A DNA stretch of 64,000 nt, taken from contig NW_015163639.1 in NCBI RefSeq assembly GCF_001447785.1, forward strand, positions 62,001 to 126,000. The letters run 5' to 3'. A model generated the notes under the pieces. It searched no databases. It saw nothing but the letters and a program-made list of their open reading frames with translations, and was not told the DNA's origin. Position numbers and translations under genes: made by a program. This DNA is from Gekko japonicus. Its lineage: Eukaryota. Shown here one piece after another: positions 47,201-59,800 of the stretch (position 1 is the first letter of the stretch; every line of letters starts with the position of its first letter).

Positions 47201-48199
47201 AGAATTGGAGATTGATGTGCAAGTGCACCCTTCTTAGTTGTGGAATGCTGAGAGTAATTAACTAAGACTCTGTTGTTACGCTCCATCCATCTCCTCTCAA
47301 GCATGGTAACGAACAACATCCTTTTCTTTTTGGGGGGGTGATTGGTTGTGCAGTGTTATGTCTCCTGCACAGCCAGTCACACACACCCTTAAAGAAAAGT
47401 GTGCTGTTAGTTACCTCCATGCTTGAGAGGAGACGGATGGAGCGTAACAACAGGGTTTCAGTTAATTACTTAATTAACATTTAGTGCTAGAGGCACAAAG
47501 CCTCCTCTGTGTGTGTGTGTGTGTGTGTGTCTGTGTCCAATTTTTCTCTTGTCTTTCCTCTAAACACAATTGGTTTAGCCTGAAAGTGGGACACTTTTAC
47601 GACTGAATTAGAATTTGAATCCAAGACAACTCTTTTAAAAGCCTTTCACTGCCTGTTTCTTTCTTTATAAAAGTTTCTTTTCTCTGAGCTCTGGTCATCT
47701 GCATAACCCTATGGCTTTCCTTCCCTTAACTTGCTTATCCCTGCGGAGATGCCGGCAGATGAGATCAAACTTGGGTAAGCGCTGAACTCCCCCATTCGCC
47801 TTTACAAATATGATAACAATGAATTGATGCTTCCAACTTTGCAGGATACTGGCTACTTTTCTTGCAGATGTTTGCAAAATAATAAACATTAAAGCCGAAA
47901 GTTTGAACTGGCAAGCTAAACAGCGAAATTTAAATTGTGGATTAAACAAAATCAATGGCGGGGTTGAAATGAATGGACATAATCCCCAGTGCGGGTTTGA
48001 GAGACGTGCGGGTCTTGTGTCCAGCAGTTCTAGCCTCCTGAAGAGTGTGGAGCAGCGATACTCACCCAGTGGCTCCGGAGCCACCTGTGGCTCTTCTGAG
48101 CATCGTCCCCCAATGCAGAACCTGGCCCATGGTTCAGGAAACTGGGCAAAGCCCTTGTCCAGTGGCGACTGTGTTGGTGGTTGATTCCCTCCTTGAAAT

Positions 48200-48610
48200 A
48201 GCACACTCTGTGACACGGTGGCCAAAAATACCAGGTGCCATCAGGAGGTCCAGTAGTGGGGCCAGGACACTAGAAGCCCTCCCACTGTTGCCCCCCCCCC
48301 CAAGCACCAAGAGTACAGAGTATCACTTGCCCCAGCCTGAGAACCCCTATCTATACCTTGTGGCTAATAGCCACTGATGGACCTCTGCTCCATATGCCTA
48401 CCTAATTCCGTCTTGAAGCCGTCCATGCTTGCAGCCGCCGCCACCTACTGTGGCAGTGAATTCCATGTGTTAATCACTCTTTGGGTGAAGAAGTACTTCC
48501 TTTTATCTGTTCTAACCCAACTGCTCAGCAGTTTCATGGAGTGCCCACGAGTTCTTGTATTGTGAGAAAGGGAGAAAAGTACCTCTTTCGCTACCTGCTC
48601 TATCCCATAC
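48200..48610 (-). mobile_element. CR1 3' fragment
   Basis: Family match. Confidence 0.85.
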
Positions 48611-49151
48611 TACTGGCAATAGAGCCTGCGTCTCCCAGGAGCATAGTGGCTACGAGACTTGAGAGGGGAATCCTTCATCAGTCTACAGCAGGAGTCCTCA
48701 GCGTGGTGCCTGTGGGTGCCGGGGTGCCCGCCAACACCCTTTCTGGCGCCCGCCAAGTGTTTTTAAGGAGTGGGCGGAGCCCGGTGGCGCTTCTGCCCCG
48801 CAAGACTTCTGAGTGACGGTTGGAGATCTGATTGGCTGTGCAGGTTGTTTTGAATGTCGCTTTGGCAGCAGCTGCCCCCACAGCACAAGGAGCTGCACAA
48901 GTTAAGTGGCGGCAGCCATTTTGTGGCTGGCTCCGCCTCCTGTGGCAGCCATTTTGAGGCAGCTGTCTTGCTGCTGTGCCCATCGTGCCATGTCAGAATT
49001 CCAAATGTGCCCACAGGCTCAAAAATGGGATGGGAGACGGCCAAGGACTACCAGGGTCGTTACGCAGAGGCAGGCAATGGGAAGCCATCTCTGAGCAACT
49101 CTTGTCTTGTTAACCATATGGGGTTGCTGTACATCTGCTTAGACTTGACAG

Positions 49152-49357
49152 CAGTGTTCCCTCTAAGCTAAGTTAGTGTGAGCTAGCTCGCAGTTTTTTA
49201 GCCTCCGGGTCACACATTTTTGTCCTAGTTCAGGAAGGATGGCTCCAGAACAAACTAACTTGTGCAGGAGCCAAATCGCTCACTCACAACTTTAATGCCA
49301 GTAGCTCACAAAGTAGAATTTTTGCTCTCAAGACTCCACAGCTTAGAGGGAACATTG
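49152..49357. mobile_element. hAT MITE family B
   Basis: TIRs present; perfect TSD CTTGACAG. Confidence 0.92.
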
Positions 49358-49444
49358 CTTGACAGCACTTAATAATTGTTATATTTTTGCCATATGTGGA
49401 CTCCCCCATGGATTTTTTTCCTGTATGGGGGGGGGGATACTTAT

Positions 49445-49990
49445 AGAGTGACAGAGTTGGAATTGGCCATCCAGTCCATCCCCCTGCTCAGTGCAGGATC
49501 AGCCTAGAGCATCCCTGACAAGTGTTTGTCCAGCCACTGCTTAAAGACTGCCAGTGAGGGGGAGCTTCCCACCTCCCGAGGCAGCTGGTTCCACTGTTGC
49601 ACAACTCTTTGCGTAAAAAAAGGTTTTTCCTAATGTCTAGCCCGTACCTTCCCGCCCTTAATCTAAACCCATTCTTCCAAGTCCTCTCCTCGGCTGGTGA
49701 CAGGAGCAGCTCCCTGCCCTCCTCTACGTGCCAGCCCTTCCATCATGTCCCCCCCTCAACCGCCTCTTCTCCTGACTGAACATTCCCCAGTCCCTCAGCC
49801 TTCCCTCACAGGGCTTGGTCTCCAGGACCCCGATCATCCTCGTCGCTCTCCTCTGTACCAGCTCCATTCCGTCCACATCCTTTCTGGAGTGAGGCCTCCA
49901 GAACTGCGCACAATACTCCAGGTGCGGCCTGACCAATGCAGTGTACAGCGGGACTAGGACGTCTTGCGATTTGGATGTCATGCCTCTGTT
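49445..49990 (-). mobile_element. CR1 LINE fragment (third family)
   Basis: PLYTALVRPHLEYCAQFWRPH. Confidence 0.85.
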
Positions 49991-50221
49991 GACTTTGCCC
50001 GGCTGTTATAAGAATTACCAAGATGGTGTTGGGAGCCCTCCAAAGCGCTCCTCGTAAAGTCTCTAAGTGGCGTTTTGTGGGATGGGATGGATGTCTGTCT
50101 GTTGTAGTAACTTGTGTGGGTGGAGAGAAAACTGTCCCAAACGTGGCACTGGGCATGCCTGTGACCAGCCTGGTGGGCCCACCCGCCCTGTGGTTCTTAC
50201 CTTTCTCTGCCTCTTTCCCAG

Positions 50222-50299
50222 GTGCGTGAGATCTGTCTGGACTACACTCGAGGAGTTGACATGCAGTGGCAGGCGATGGCTTTGCTTGCCTTGCAGGAG
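50222..50299 (+). CDS. CENPA: CENP-A coding exon 3 (loop 1, CATD)
   Basis: TTTCCCAG| and GAG|GTAAGC; VREICLDYTRGVDMQWQAMALLALQE with the RG loop and the CENP-A-type Trp. Confidence 0.96.
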
Positions 50300-51901
50300 G
50301 TAAGCGTGGGGATGGGGAGGGACCAGGTCTGGGGTTGTATGTACTTGGGCCCAGCTTGACCCATTTGACATCTTTCCAATTGCTGACTGGGGGAGGGGAG
50401 GACTGTGAAGGGAACCGGTAGGCAGAGGTTATGGAGAAATACAGAATTAAAATAGAAGGAAAGAAAAATAGAATGAAAGCCAAGTTCTCCTCTTGAGCGG
50501 GGCAGGTTGCCTGTGGGCTTGGGCACATTCATTCCGCTTAGAGGATTCATAGTATTTTCTCTGCCGGAGACCTAGAGGAAAAAAATTCCCTTTCCCACCC
50601 ATCCTGCTGTGTCTTTTTGTTTTTTAATAATCTATTTATTGAATTTTCATTATATAAGAGAGGAAAAAAGATAAATATGATTTACACATCACAATATTTA
50701 CGATTAAGTACATTAATTAATTATACATTTCATCCCTATCTCATTCGTTATAATAATCCAAATTACCACGTATATCAAGTTTATCTAAGTTGCTCCATTA
50801 ACAAGGTTTATAACATCTCATAATTAATTGCAGCAACATTCTTACACCTAAACCTTTCCCAAACTAGTTAAACTATTCCCATGGAGCTATTCTATTCCTT
50901 TAAATTATTTAAGATCTTATTTCCCATTTTTCTGCTCTTAAAACCAGTTAATTAGAAATCTTTACCTTCCCAAGAAAAAACATGACTTATTGGCCTTTCT
51001 TATTCCATAACAATTCAGTCATTATTCCCGACTTAGTCTTTTATTTATGTAATTATAATTAATTATCCTTACATTAAGAGGCCCAGTTGTAGACAAACCA
51101 CATTTCTTATTCTTGCCATTATATCACCGGTACAGAAAAACATTCATAGAATATTTCTGATCAGGAACTTATTTGCAAAGACACTCTATTTAACTAATCG
51201 ACTCATGTCTTATTCCTGGTTATTTTAATTATAAAAGACATCTATATAGAGACATTCTGTAATCCAATTAAATTGTCCTATTATTTTATTTTTGTTAATA
51301 ATTGTAATGTCAGTGAAAGGTTTTATTCCAAAACATGCAAAACACTATACAGAGAGTGGGGGGGGGGAATCAAAAAGGGGTCCAACTAAACAATATAACT
51401 CACCCCCATGAAGCTAAACCTCTCTCACCTTACTCACTTATGTGCTAACTATCTTTTTCTTTCCTCCTTTCCCTTTCTTTCTACAACACCATTAAAGCTC
51501 TTTCCTTTTTTTCCCCCTTCAAAAAACCATATATACCCAAAAGAGAGACAAAGATTCTATTAACAGCAAACATATCTTTTTTTCTTCCTTCTTCCCCATC
51601 TTTCAGTAGTCTCCTTTTTCCTTTCAACCTCTTTTTAAGTGATTTGCATTTTTGTATTCAGAAAATTTAAGGTCCGAATCAATTCTTCCATGTTTCAAAC
51701 AGGCAATTCTCAGTCTTTTGTTCATTTTGCGTTTCTCTACACCATTCTTTTCTCCTCTTTTACGTTTTTTTTCCTTTTTCTTTTTTCTTCTTGCTGCTTC
51801 TGCTGAATAACCTTCTGTGATGACCCCTTAACTGGGGAGGTCTGGGTTTACTTTAAAATGTTCTTTCTGTTTTGTTTTACTCTATATATCCGGCTGCCAC
51901 C

Positions 51902-52010
51902 AGGAAATTTTAAAAGGATTTCCAAACCTTTATGCTTTCGCTATTTCTGGGTAGGAGGAAATTTTAAAAGGATTTCCAAACCTTTATGCTTTCTCTATTT
52001 CTGGGTAGGA
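51902..52010. repeat. 54-bp tandem duplication
   Basis: AGGAAATTTTAAAAGG at 51902 and 51956. Confidence 0.95.
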
Positions 52011-52011
52011 A

Positions 52012-52595
52012 TGTCGAGGGTTTTAGGCATTCACGAGGGTCTATGTGGTCCTGGGAAGTATTTCTTTCAGAGTGGGTAATTTTAAATAAAAGAGGATTTA
52101 TTGAAGTAATTCACAAATAAAAGATTAACTCATTGTAACCAGGAAGGCTTAAATACTGAACACATGCTTGGTGTATAACACTCTTTTCTCTTTTACTGAC
52201 AGGGATCTGGGCATGTCACTTTGTAACAATATTTTCCTTAGGCCATATACGTTAACTGTTTCTTATACATTCAACTTCAGCTTATAACTGTTTCAACACA
52301 GACGGCTTCTCTCACAGACTTCAGAACTTAACAGCCCCCACAGGGAAGCTTATCCTTCTCTCTCATACATAACTTAACTCCCTTTCAACTGTCTTTTTCA
52401 ACTGTCCAAACTCTAACAGTCACTCCTGATAGACATTCAAATCATCCACACAGCATCCATTCCAAAACCCCTCCCCCTATCTGTCACTCACCAATCATAT
52501 CACTTGCCTGAGTCCAGCACTCTAGATTATCATCACAGCCATGCAAACCAAACTTTTAAAGCCACACACACACAGTTAAACATGAAATCATTACA
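52012..52595 (-). mobile_element. Probable solo LTR
   Basis: TGT...ACA termini; minus-strand AATAAA near 52100; no matching TSD. Confidence 0.5.
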
Positions 52596-53675
52596 CCTTC
52601 CAAATTATTTTTTTTCCAATACAAAGTCTTCTGTTTCATTTAAGCCACATCCTGGAGCTTCCTTGTTTTCCAGCGTCTCTTTTCCTATAGTTATCAACTG
52701 ATTATCAAACAGCTCTCTCTCCTCCTCTTGGGGATCGTTGGAGTCCTCATCAAAACTCTGAATAAGTTGAACGTGCTCTCCGATTTCTCCCTTATTTTGA
52801 ATTACACTTCTTGGGCTTTCGATCAGGTTTTTGCAGGCATCCTTTACTGCCTGTGTAATTTCCTTTTGCAAAAAAGCCCGAAATTGCTCCCAAGTAAGGG
52901 TACCCACCAGTGTCTCTGGTGACTTGAGTGTGGGGGGAGGTTGCCTTTGCACATGGCCCGTTGGCCCCCAAAGAAGGAAGCAGCAGGTTAGCTTTTTATA
53001 TTTTCTGGTGTGGTTCAAACCCTGTGCACAGGTGATGGTTTTAATATGAAAGGATATCCTCTCTTATATGACTTCTATTACAATAAACTGTTATGTTAAA
53101 ATGTGTTAAAATTATATGCAACATTTCTATGAGGTTATTCATGTTTTATTGTAGAATAGATAAGCTTGATAAGATAGGATAAAAATGATAATATGTCATG
53201 AGAAAATGGTAAAATAAGTCAAGTAGGTTGTTATACTTGCTTTTTAAGCTACCATCTCGTATATTCATTGTATCTACAAGTGTATTTTAATCAAGGATTG
53301 TCCTTAATATCTGCAAAATTGCCCTCTGTATTGTGTTTTTGTAATCATGCCTTTTATTCCTTCTCCTCTATTCCTTTTCTTTATTCTATATTCCCTTAAA
53401 AAGTTAAAGTAAAATTTATTTAAAAAACCACCATGTGCACAGAAAACTAAACTGAGAAAGCCTGGCTTAATTCTCTTGCTGAGGGAATATCCTGTTGCAC
53501 TTCCCCCCCCCCCTCAAGTGGTTCTGTGAGAGAGACAAATTCGCCTCAAGGTTTCCACGTGTACCTTCAGCTCTATGAAGTGACAGCTTTCCCCCACATT
53601 GCGGTACTTGCATGGGGCACTGCATTTTCCGTCTGTTATCAGCCCACCTGTCTTCATTTTCCTCTCCTTTCATAG

Positions 53676-53810
53676 GCTGCTGAAGCATTTCTTGTACACC
53701 TGATGGAGGATGCCTACATCTGTGCCATTCACGCCAAACGGGTCACCCTCTACCCCAAGGATATACAGCTGGCTCGGCGGATTCGTGGCATTCAGGAAGG
53801 ATTGGGTTAG
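53676..53810 (+). CDS. CENPA: CENP-A coding exon 4
   Basis: TTTCATAG|; [44 protein letters not shown]-stop; C-tail resembles human LEEGLG; total CDS 462 nt = 153 aa. Confidence 0.97.
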   Translation, partial: AAEAFLVHLMEDAYICAIHAKRVTLYPKDIQLARRIRGIQEGLG

Positions 53811-54572
53811 AGCCCCTTCTCCTTCCCCTTGGTTGGAGGATCTGTCTCCCGAGACTGAAAGTTGAGAAATCACCCTGGTGGGGGGGGGAAGCTGTTTCTG
53901 AGGAGAAGTCCCTAATTTGGGCTTAACGCTTTCTTCGGGACAGAGGACTAAATTGTTCCACTTGGTAATCGAGGTCATATTGGAGGGCCTGATCCAGCCC
54001 GGAGTTCAGCCGCAGTATTTTAAATAGAAGTGTTTTTATCTTTCCTGCTTCTTTTGTAAAAAAAAAAAAGTGCTTAAGACTTTGCTGGGTCATGCTCATG
54101 GTGTTTTCAAACTATTTTGACTGTTTCTATAAGAGATTTTTATATTGGCGCTTGGCATATCCCCATATTCTGCTCTGTCTCCTCTCTGCAGGCACACAAA
54201 CGTTAAAATCGTCCTTTTGTTCATTTCTAACCTTTCCATTCCTACCTTCATATTTTTTACCTCATAAATGAGACAATAACGGGTAAGAAGTGGTTGACAC
54301 TCTCCAGGTTTGGGGTGTGTGTGTGAGAGGGTGTGAATTCTTTATCGAAGCCTGATCCTTGCCTGAAGATGGAGGGATACAGATCCAGCCGGAAATGTAG
54401 CCAGGGAAGCCTCTGTGGTGATAAAGTGACCTGAAAACCCCCTCACTCAAGCTCCTTCCTAAAGGCCACGTTGATTCCTGAGAGAGAGGACTCCTGGGTG
54501 GAACAAGATGAACATGGAATGGGATGACGATGAAGGAGCTGTTTCAATCTAATTTTATTATGCAGAATGTTG

Positions 54573-54578
54573 AATAAA
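54573..54578 (+). terminator. CENPA: Probable CENPA polyadenylation signal
   Basis: AATAAA with T-rich upstream and GT-rich downstream sequence, about 760 bp after the stop. Confidence 0.6.
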
Positions 54579-55195
54579 GTAGGTTTTATTATCTTTATGT
54601 CTCGTCTGTCCTTGCTGGGTGTGGGTGGATGGCAGCGTGTGCTTGATTTGACTGGCTCTGTGAGATTCTAATCCCATAGTCCAGAGGACTATCAGAATCT
54701 CTGCCCTGTAGTCCCTGCATGTGGGAACGGCGAATCTCTGAGAGGCATGCCCGGAGTTCTATGTTCCCACAGGGAGATTAGACAGTAGTGTGCAGTTACA
54801 TCTGCTGAGTCAACTGATAGAAGTAACTTGGCTATAGTTGGGTAAAAGATACAGTGAGCTGTGGGCAAAGACCATTCTGTAAAGAACATACTGTGATCCT
54901 AGTTTAGAGTCCTCTGCTTGTAGCTTTTTCAATATACAGGGCAAGGGGGAGGGAAAAGAAAAAGCCTTAATAAAGCGCTGCTGGGCCAGTCTGGATAAGA
55001 CAGCTGGATCAGAGAGCTTCGGCAGATCTGTGTGTCGTGTCGTTTATTTGAACCCTCGAACCTTCACCTGCATGCCAGCTGTGGTCATCGGGTGGCCATC
55101 TGTTGGCTATCCCACCACATAGGGTGGCCCGACTAGCATTGACCAGAGCCTGGGCCTTTTCCATCATGGCTCCAGCTCTGTGGAATGGGCTCCCT

Positions 55196-55472
55196 GAAGA
55201 AGAAGATGATATTGGACTTATACCCCGACCTTCACTACCCAAAGGTGTCTCAGAGCGGCTTACAAATTCCTTTCCCTTCCCCTTCCCCACAACAGACACC
55301 CTGTGAGGTAGGTGGGGCTGAGAGAGCTCTGACAGAAACTGCTCTTTTTTCAAGAACAGCTCTTATCAGAACCACAGCTTGCCCAAGGTCATCTAGCCAG
55401 GTGCAAGTGGAGGAGTGGGGAATCAAACCCAGTTCTCCCAGATTAGAGTCCGCACACTTAACCACTACACCA
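55196..55472 (-). mobile_element. Squam3-like SINE nested in an L2 3' fragment (about 55060-55700)
   Basis: Family match; flank encodes RAWAFSIMAPALWNGLP (L2 C-terminus). Confidence 0.8.
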
Positions 55473-57424
55473 AAGAGATGAGGGGAGCCCTTCCCCCTCC
55501 TTGGAGATCTTTAATTGTGTTGCAAGGCCTGCCTATTTTTCCTGGACTTTTAAGGAGGTTTGAATGGTGGATCTTTTCACTGCCGGAGGGGAGAGAGATT
55601 TGGGATTTGCTATTTTACTTTTGGTTCTAACTGTAAATGTTTTTGACTATTATAAGCGGCCTTGAACCATAAGGAAAGGTTGGGTAGAACTATTTTAATG
55701 CATTAATTTATTCTTTCATTGAGCCACAAAACAACATCTGTTGAAGAACCCCTGAGTGCCTGCCCTGGAAGCAGTGATGTATAGAGACACCGTCTTTAGG
55801 GTTCTTTCCTTCAGTTATCGCTGCAAGCGTTTTCATTCCACTCATTTTTGTCAATGGCACTCCCAATGCATTTCTTACAACACTTACACATTGTATGCCA
55901 AAAATCTGACAGGGAATTAGAGATGAGGGAATAAAAAAACAAACACCAGCATGAAAACTCTTAGGTTTGATTTGCACATGGGAGAAACAAACCTGAAAGA
56001 ATTCATCACCGCCACCCCTCAAGTTAAACAGCAGGGAAGGAAAAACTCCCCCAATGTCTCAGGGAATTCTGTGGCAAGTTCTAGTATACACACATGATGT
56101 TCACATGTGACCCTTGCCAAATGTTAGACTTCAAACCAATCCTGCTTCCCTTTTTAATGTATCCTGGAATAAGCAATCCTGGAGGTTTTTTTGTCATCTG
56201 GGCGTGGAACAGCGGTCACTGCGGGTGTGGAGGGGGAGGTATTTGTGAATTTCCTGCATTGTGCAGGGGGTTGGACTAGATGACCCTGGAGATCCCTTCC
56301 AACTCCATGATTCTATATTCTTCTGCCTGTGCATTGCAGAAGAAGAAACCTGTCTACCATTACTGATCTTCTCACTGAGGAATCCTCACTAAATCTTTGA
56401 GGGACTCCATGTTTCCTGTATTTGAAAAGCAGCCGGTACTGTCGAGGGAGAATCAGTATCTGACCCTCACCTTGTGCTTTATCTCTCACATTTCTGTCAG
56501 GCCCTGTTTATCAAGGGGCTCGGGGTGTTTCTCCATTTTTATCTTCAAAACGACCCTGTGAGGTAGTGTGCACTGAACGGGAGAGAGAATGTGTCGCGGG
56601 CCCCAAGGTCTGTCCACTGAGCTTTGTGGCTCAGTGGGGATATGAACCTTGGTCTCCCTATGCCTAGTCCAACACACAACGACCACACAAATGAGTGGAG
56701 TGGGCCAAGCCAGTCCTCTCACTGAGGGAACAGATCAGTTGGGCTGTGGGGAAACTCAGATTAAAATCCCTCATCTCTTGTCATGCTGGCCGTGGTGGTC
56801 TTGGGCTAAGTTGCTGTGTACAGGCTGACCCACCTCATGGGGGATCTTGTAAGCTTGAAGACACAGCTGGATACGCATGTGAGAAATAAGAAATCTCTGC
56901 TGGCTTCAGCCTCTGATTCATCTCATTCCAAGCTCCCAATGTGTTTCCACATTTAAAGGTGTTCGTATTGTGGTTATTGGAGGAGCACAAATATTTTTTA
57001 AAAGCATCTGTTTTCATCATTGCCATTACTTCCATTAATTTTTCGTTGGTTTCAGCAGCAAACAAAAAAAATGATTTTGTTGTGCTGTTACAGTGTGGAG
57101 ACTCAGGTTCAAGTCCTCACTCAAGCATTTAACACAGCTCTGTTCCAAGGTGGGCAGGGTGCCAGCTGTCTCTCCTACTGATTCCAGGGACATCTGGTTG
57201 GTCTCTGTGTGAAACAAGATGCTGGACTAAATGAACCATTGGTCTGATAACCGCGTGGCTGCTCTCGTGCATTTAGATCCTTATCTATTTGACCTTGATG
57301 ATTGGAAAGCTTCAATGTCAGTTTCATACCTGAAATCTTCATTCTCTTTCCTCTGACCTCCCTCTTTCTAAATCAGTATGCCAGTACCCGGGGGATCAAA
57401 TGACATTCATTTAATCACTGCTAT

Positions 57425-57738
57425 TTAATTCCCTTTTGAAGCTGTCCATGCTTGTAGCCGCCACCATTTCCTGTGGCAGTGAATTCCAAGTGTTAATCAC
57501 TCTTTGGGTGAAGAAGGACTTCCTTTTATCCGTTCTAACCCGACCGCTCAGCAATTTCATGGAGTGCCCACGAGTTCTTGTATTGTGAGAAAGGGAGAAA
57601 AGTACCTCTTTCTCTACCTGCTCTATCCCATGCACAATCTTATAAACCTCAATCATGTCACCCCTCAGCCGTCGTTTCTCCTCATGTCACCCCTCAGTCG
57701 TCGTTTCTCCTCATGTCACCCCTCAGTCGTTTCTCCAA
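57425..57738 (-). mobile_element. CR1 fragment with 29-bp triplication at its 5' junction
   Basis: CATGTCACCCCTCAG at 57654, 57683 and 57712. Confidence 0.85.
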
Positions 57739-57829
57739 AGGAAAACAAAACTTGGACATGATTCATGGCCACAGTCACCTTCAGATGATAGAGTTGAAAA
57801 ACCCCCCACCATTTCCAGGGTAACCAGAC

Positions 57830-58028
57830 ACTGGCGTCAAGGAGACATGGCAATATTTTAAAATGACAAACTTGTCACTGGGTCAAGGATGGTTTTAAAT
57901 ATGGGAGGAGGGAGGCTTGTTTATGGAGGGCAACTCTCGGCTGATGCAGAGGTTACTCCCCCCCCCATGATTGTTCCTGGATTTATATATCTGCAGAGCC
58001 CCCCGCCCCACCTTGGGCCTCCTTAGCG
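57830..58028 (+). promoter_or_regulatory. CYP21A2: CYP21 proximal promoter
   Basis: TATATA 57984-57989; NR5A1/SF-1-like TCAAGG cores near 57837 and 57883; CRE half site CGTCA. Confidence 0.55.
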
Positions 58029-58254
58029 ATGTTCAGCGCTGCTCTTTTCCTCCTGGTGTTCCTGGCAGTGGCCCTGTTCGGCCGGCGGCACACCAGGCTT
58101 CTCCGGCCGAAGGGGTGTGGGGACCTGCCTGGCCCTTGGGCCCTGCCCCTCATTGGAAACCTCTCCCACCTGTTCCACCCCGACCTTCCTATCCACTTCC
58201 TCAAGTTAACCAAACGGTATGGACCCATCTACCGCCTTCGCTTCGGCAACAAAG
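58029..58254 (+). CDS. CYP21A2: Steroid 21-hydroxylase (cytochrome P450 21), exon 1; gene continues beyond the window
   Basis: Membrane anchor, Pro-rich hinge, HLFHPDLPIHFLKLTKRYGPIYRLRFG (human [27 protein letters not shown]); donor AAG|GTGAGC phase 1; adjacent to CENPA as in the chicken MHC. Confidence 0.9.
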
Positions 58255-58784
58255 GTGAGCTGGGGGGGGGTCCTTGTGGCCAGGAATGAATCTCTTTTGT
58301 CCTTAGCCTCCAAAGAGCTCGGGGTGGCTTACTTGGGTCTCTCCCCTTTTATCCTTACAACAGCCCCGTGGGGCGGGCTAGGCTGCGAGAGAGTGGGAAG
58401 GTCAGCCATTGAGGCGTGTGCCCCCCCAGTTCTAATCTAGCCCTTTAAGCCCTCCCCACCGCACACAACATTTTGTTTGTGGGGGGGGGGTTTGCTTACG
58501 GTGGATCTCTGGCCTGGTTCAGCTACAAAATGGCTGTGGCAGGAGGTGGAGCCAAGTACCAAATGGCTGCCACTATAACCAGAGCAGGGGACGAAGGGGG
58601 TACAAAGCTGATGTGGTAGAAACAGAACTGATCAATGTTGTCTGGAGAACACTTGTGATTCTGGGAGTTCTCCAGGCCCCATCTGGATGTTGACAACCCT
58701 AGCAGCAGCCGGAGGTCTCTGGCCGGAGACCTTCCTGCCATGCCGCCTGAAATCTTTTAAACTAAAGGCCTAGGACCAAAACAA

Positions 58785-58900
58785 CGTTTGAGTCCAGCAG
58801 TGTCTTTAAGACCAACAAGTTTTATTCTGGGTACAAGCTTTCGTGTGCATGTGCGCTTCTTCAGATACAGTGAAACGGACTCCCACAACCGTTATCTAGA
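58785..58900 (-). mobile_element. Penelope-like remnant with hammerhead-like motif (58831-58868)
   Basis: Minus strand GTAT-CTGAAGA-A-GCGCACATGCACAC-GAAAGCTT-GTAC. Confidence 0.55.
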
Positions 58901-59594
58901 AATGAGTGTGGGTCCTTACCTTCCACATGCAACGTTCATGCCTGCCTGTCTAGTGAATTTGTTATCCCACCCTTCTTTAAAGGAGGTCAGAGCACCATGC
59001 ACAGTTCCATCTTCCTTGCTTTATCCTCACAACAACACTGTGAGGTAGGCTTAGGCTGAGAGGGATTGGCCCAAGGTCATGCACTGCACTGAATTGCATG
59101 GGAGACTCAGAATTTGAACCTGTGTCTCTCAGACTGTTCTCCAACACCTTAATCATTATTCCACACTGACTCACTGGAACGACTGAGCTATGGCTAATGC
59201 AGATTTCTGATGCTGATGGTAGAGTGGGGTGTCCTGAACTTCCGACAATGGCATTATGTGCCTTTATTTCTTCTGAGGTAAAACCGGAGGCACGTTTGGT
59301 TCTAACACACACTTTAAAAATGGGTTCCTAATGTTGGGGTATGCCTCCAGTGTTCCATGTGGCTTGACCTTAGAGCAGTGGCTCATGCAGAGATGCCACA
59401 GATGGGTGCCTTGCCTTTCTGTACCTCAAGAGAAGAGTAAATCCTGAGTATCAGAGATTTCCTCCCATTCCTTAAGACAGGAACTCCTAAGACGGAGCAC
59501 AGATTTGGCCATTCATGCGACCTCTTGGTCGACCCTGAACCACTCACGGGGAGATGGGCATATTGTTTTAAATTTTTATTCTGTGTGACTGCCC

Positions 59595-59800
59595 TAGGGT
59601 TGCCAGCCTCCAGGTGGGGCCTGGGGATCTCCTGTTTTTACAACTGATCTCCAGCTGGCAGAGATCAGCTCCCCTGGAGAAAATGGCTGCTTTGAAGGGT
59701 GGACTCTGTGGGCACTGTCCCATGCGGAGGCCCCTCCCCTCCCCAAACCCCGCCCTCTCCCGGCTCCACCCCCAAAGTCTCCAGGTATTTTACAACCCTA
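59595..59800. mobile_element. hAT-like MITE family E
   Basis: TAGGGTTG / CAACCCTA termini; TSD GACTGCCC/GACTGTTC. Confidence 0.75.

Larger units (their letters stand above)
50612..53030 (-). mobile_element. Degraded L1-like element(s) interrupted by an LTR
   Basis: Minus-strand AATAAA and A tail near 50615-50640; AT-rich body; ORF1-like N-terminal ORF 52605-53018. Confidence 0.45.

Noticed and set aside
44610-53810. Canonical histone H3 or H3.3
   Set aside because: RG-containing longer loop 1, Trp in MQWQA, EGLG C-tail and no ARTKQTAR N-terminus all indicate CENP-A.
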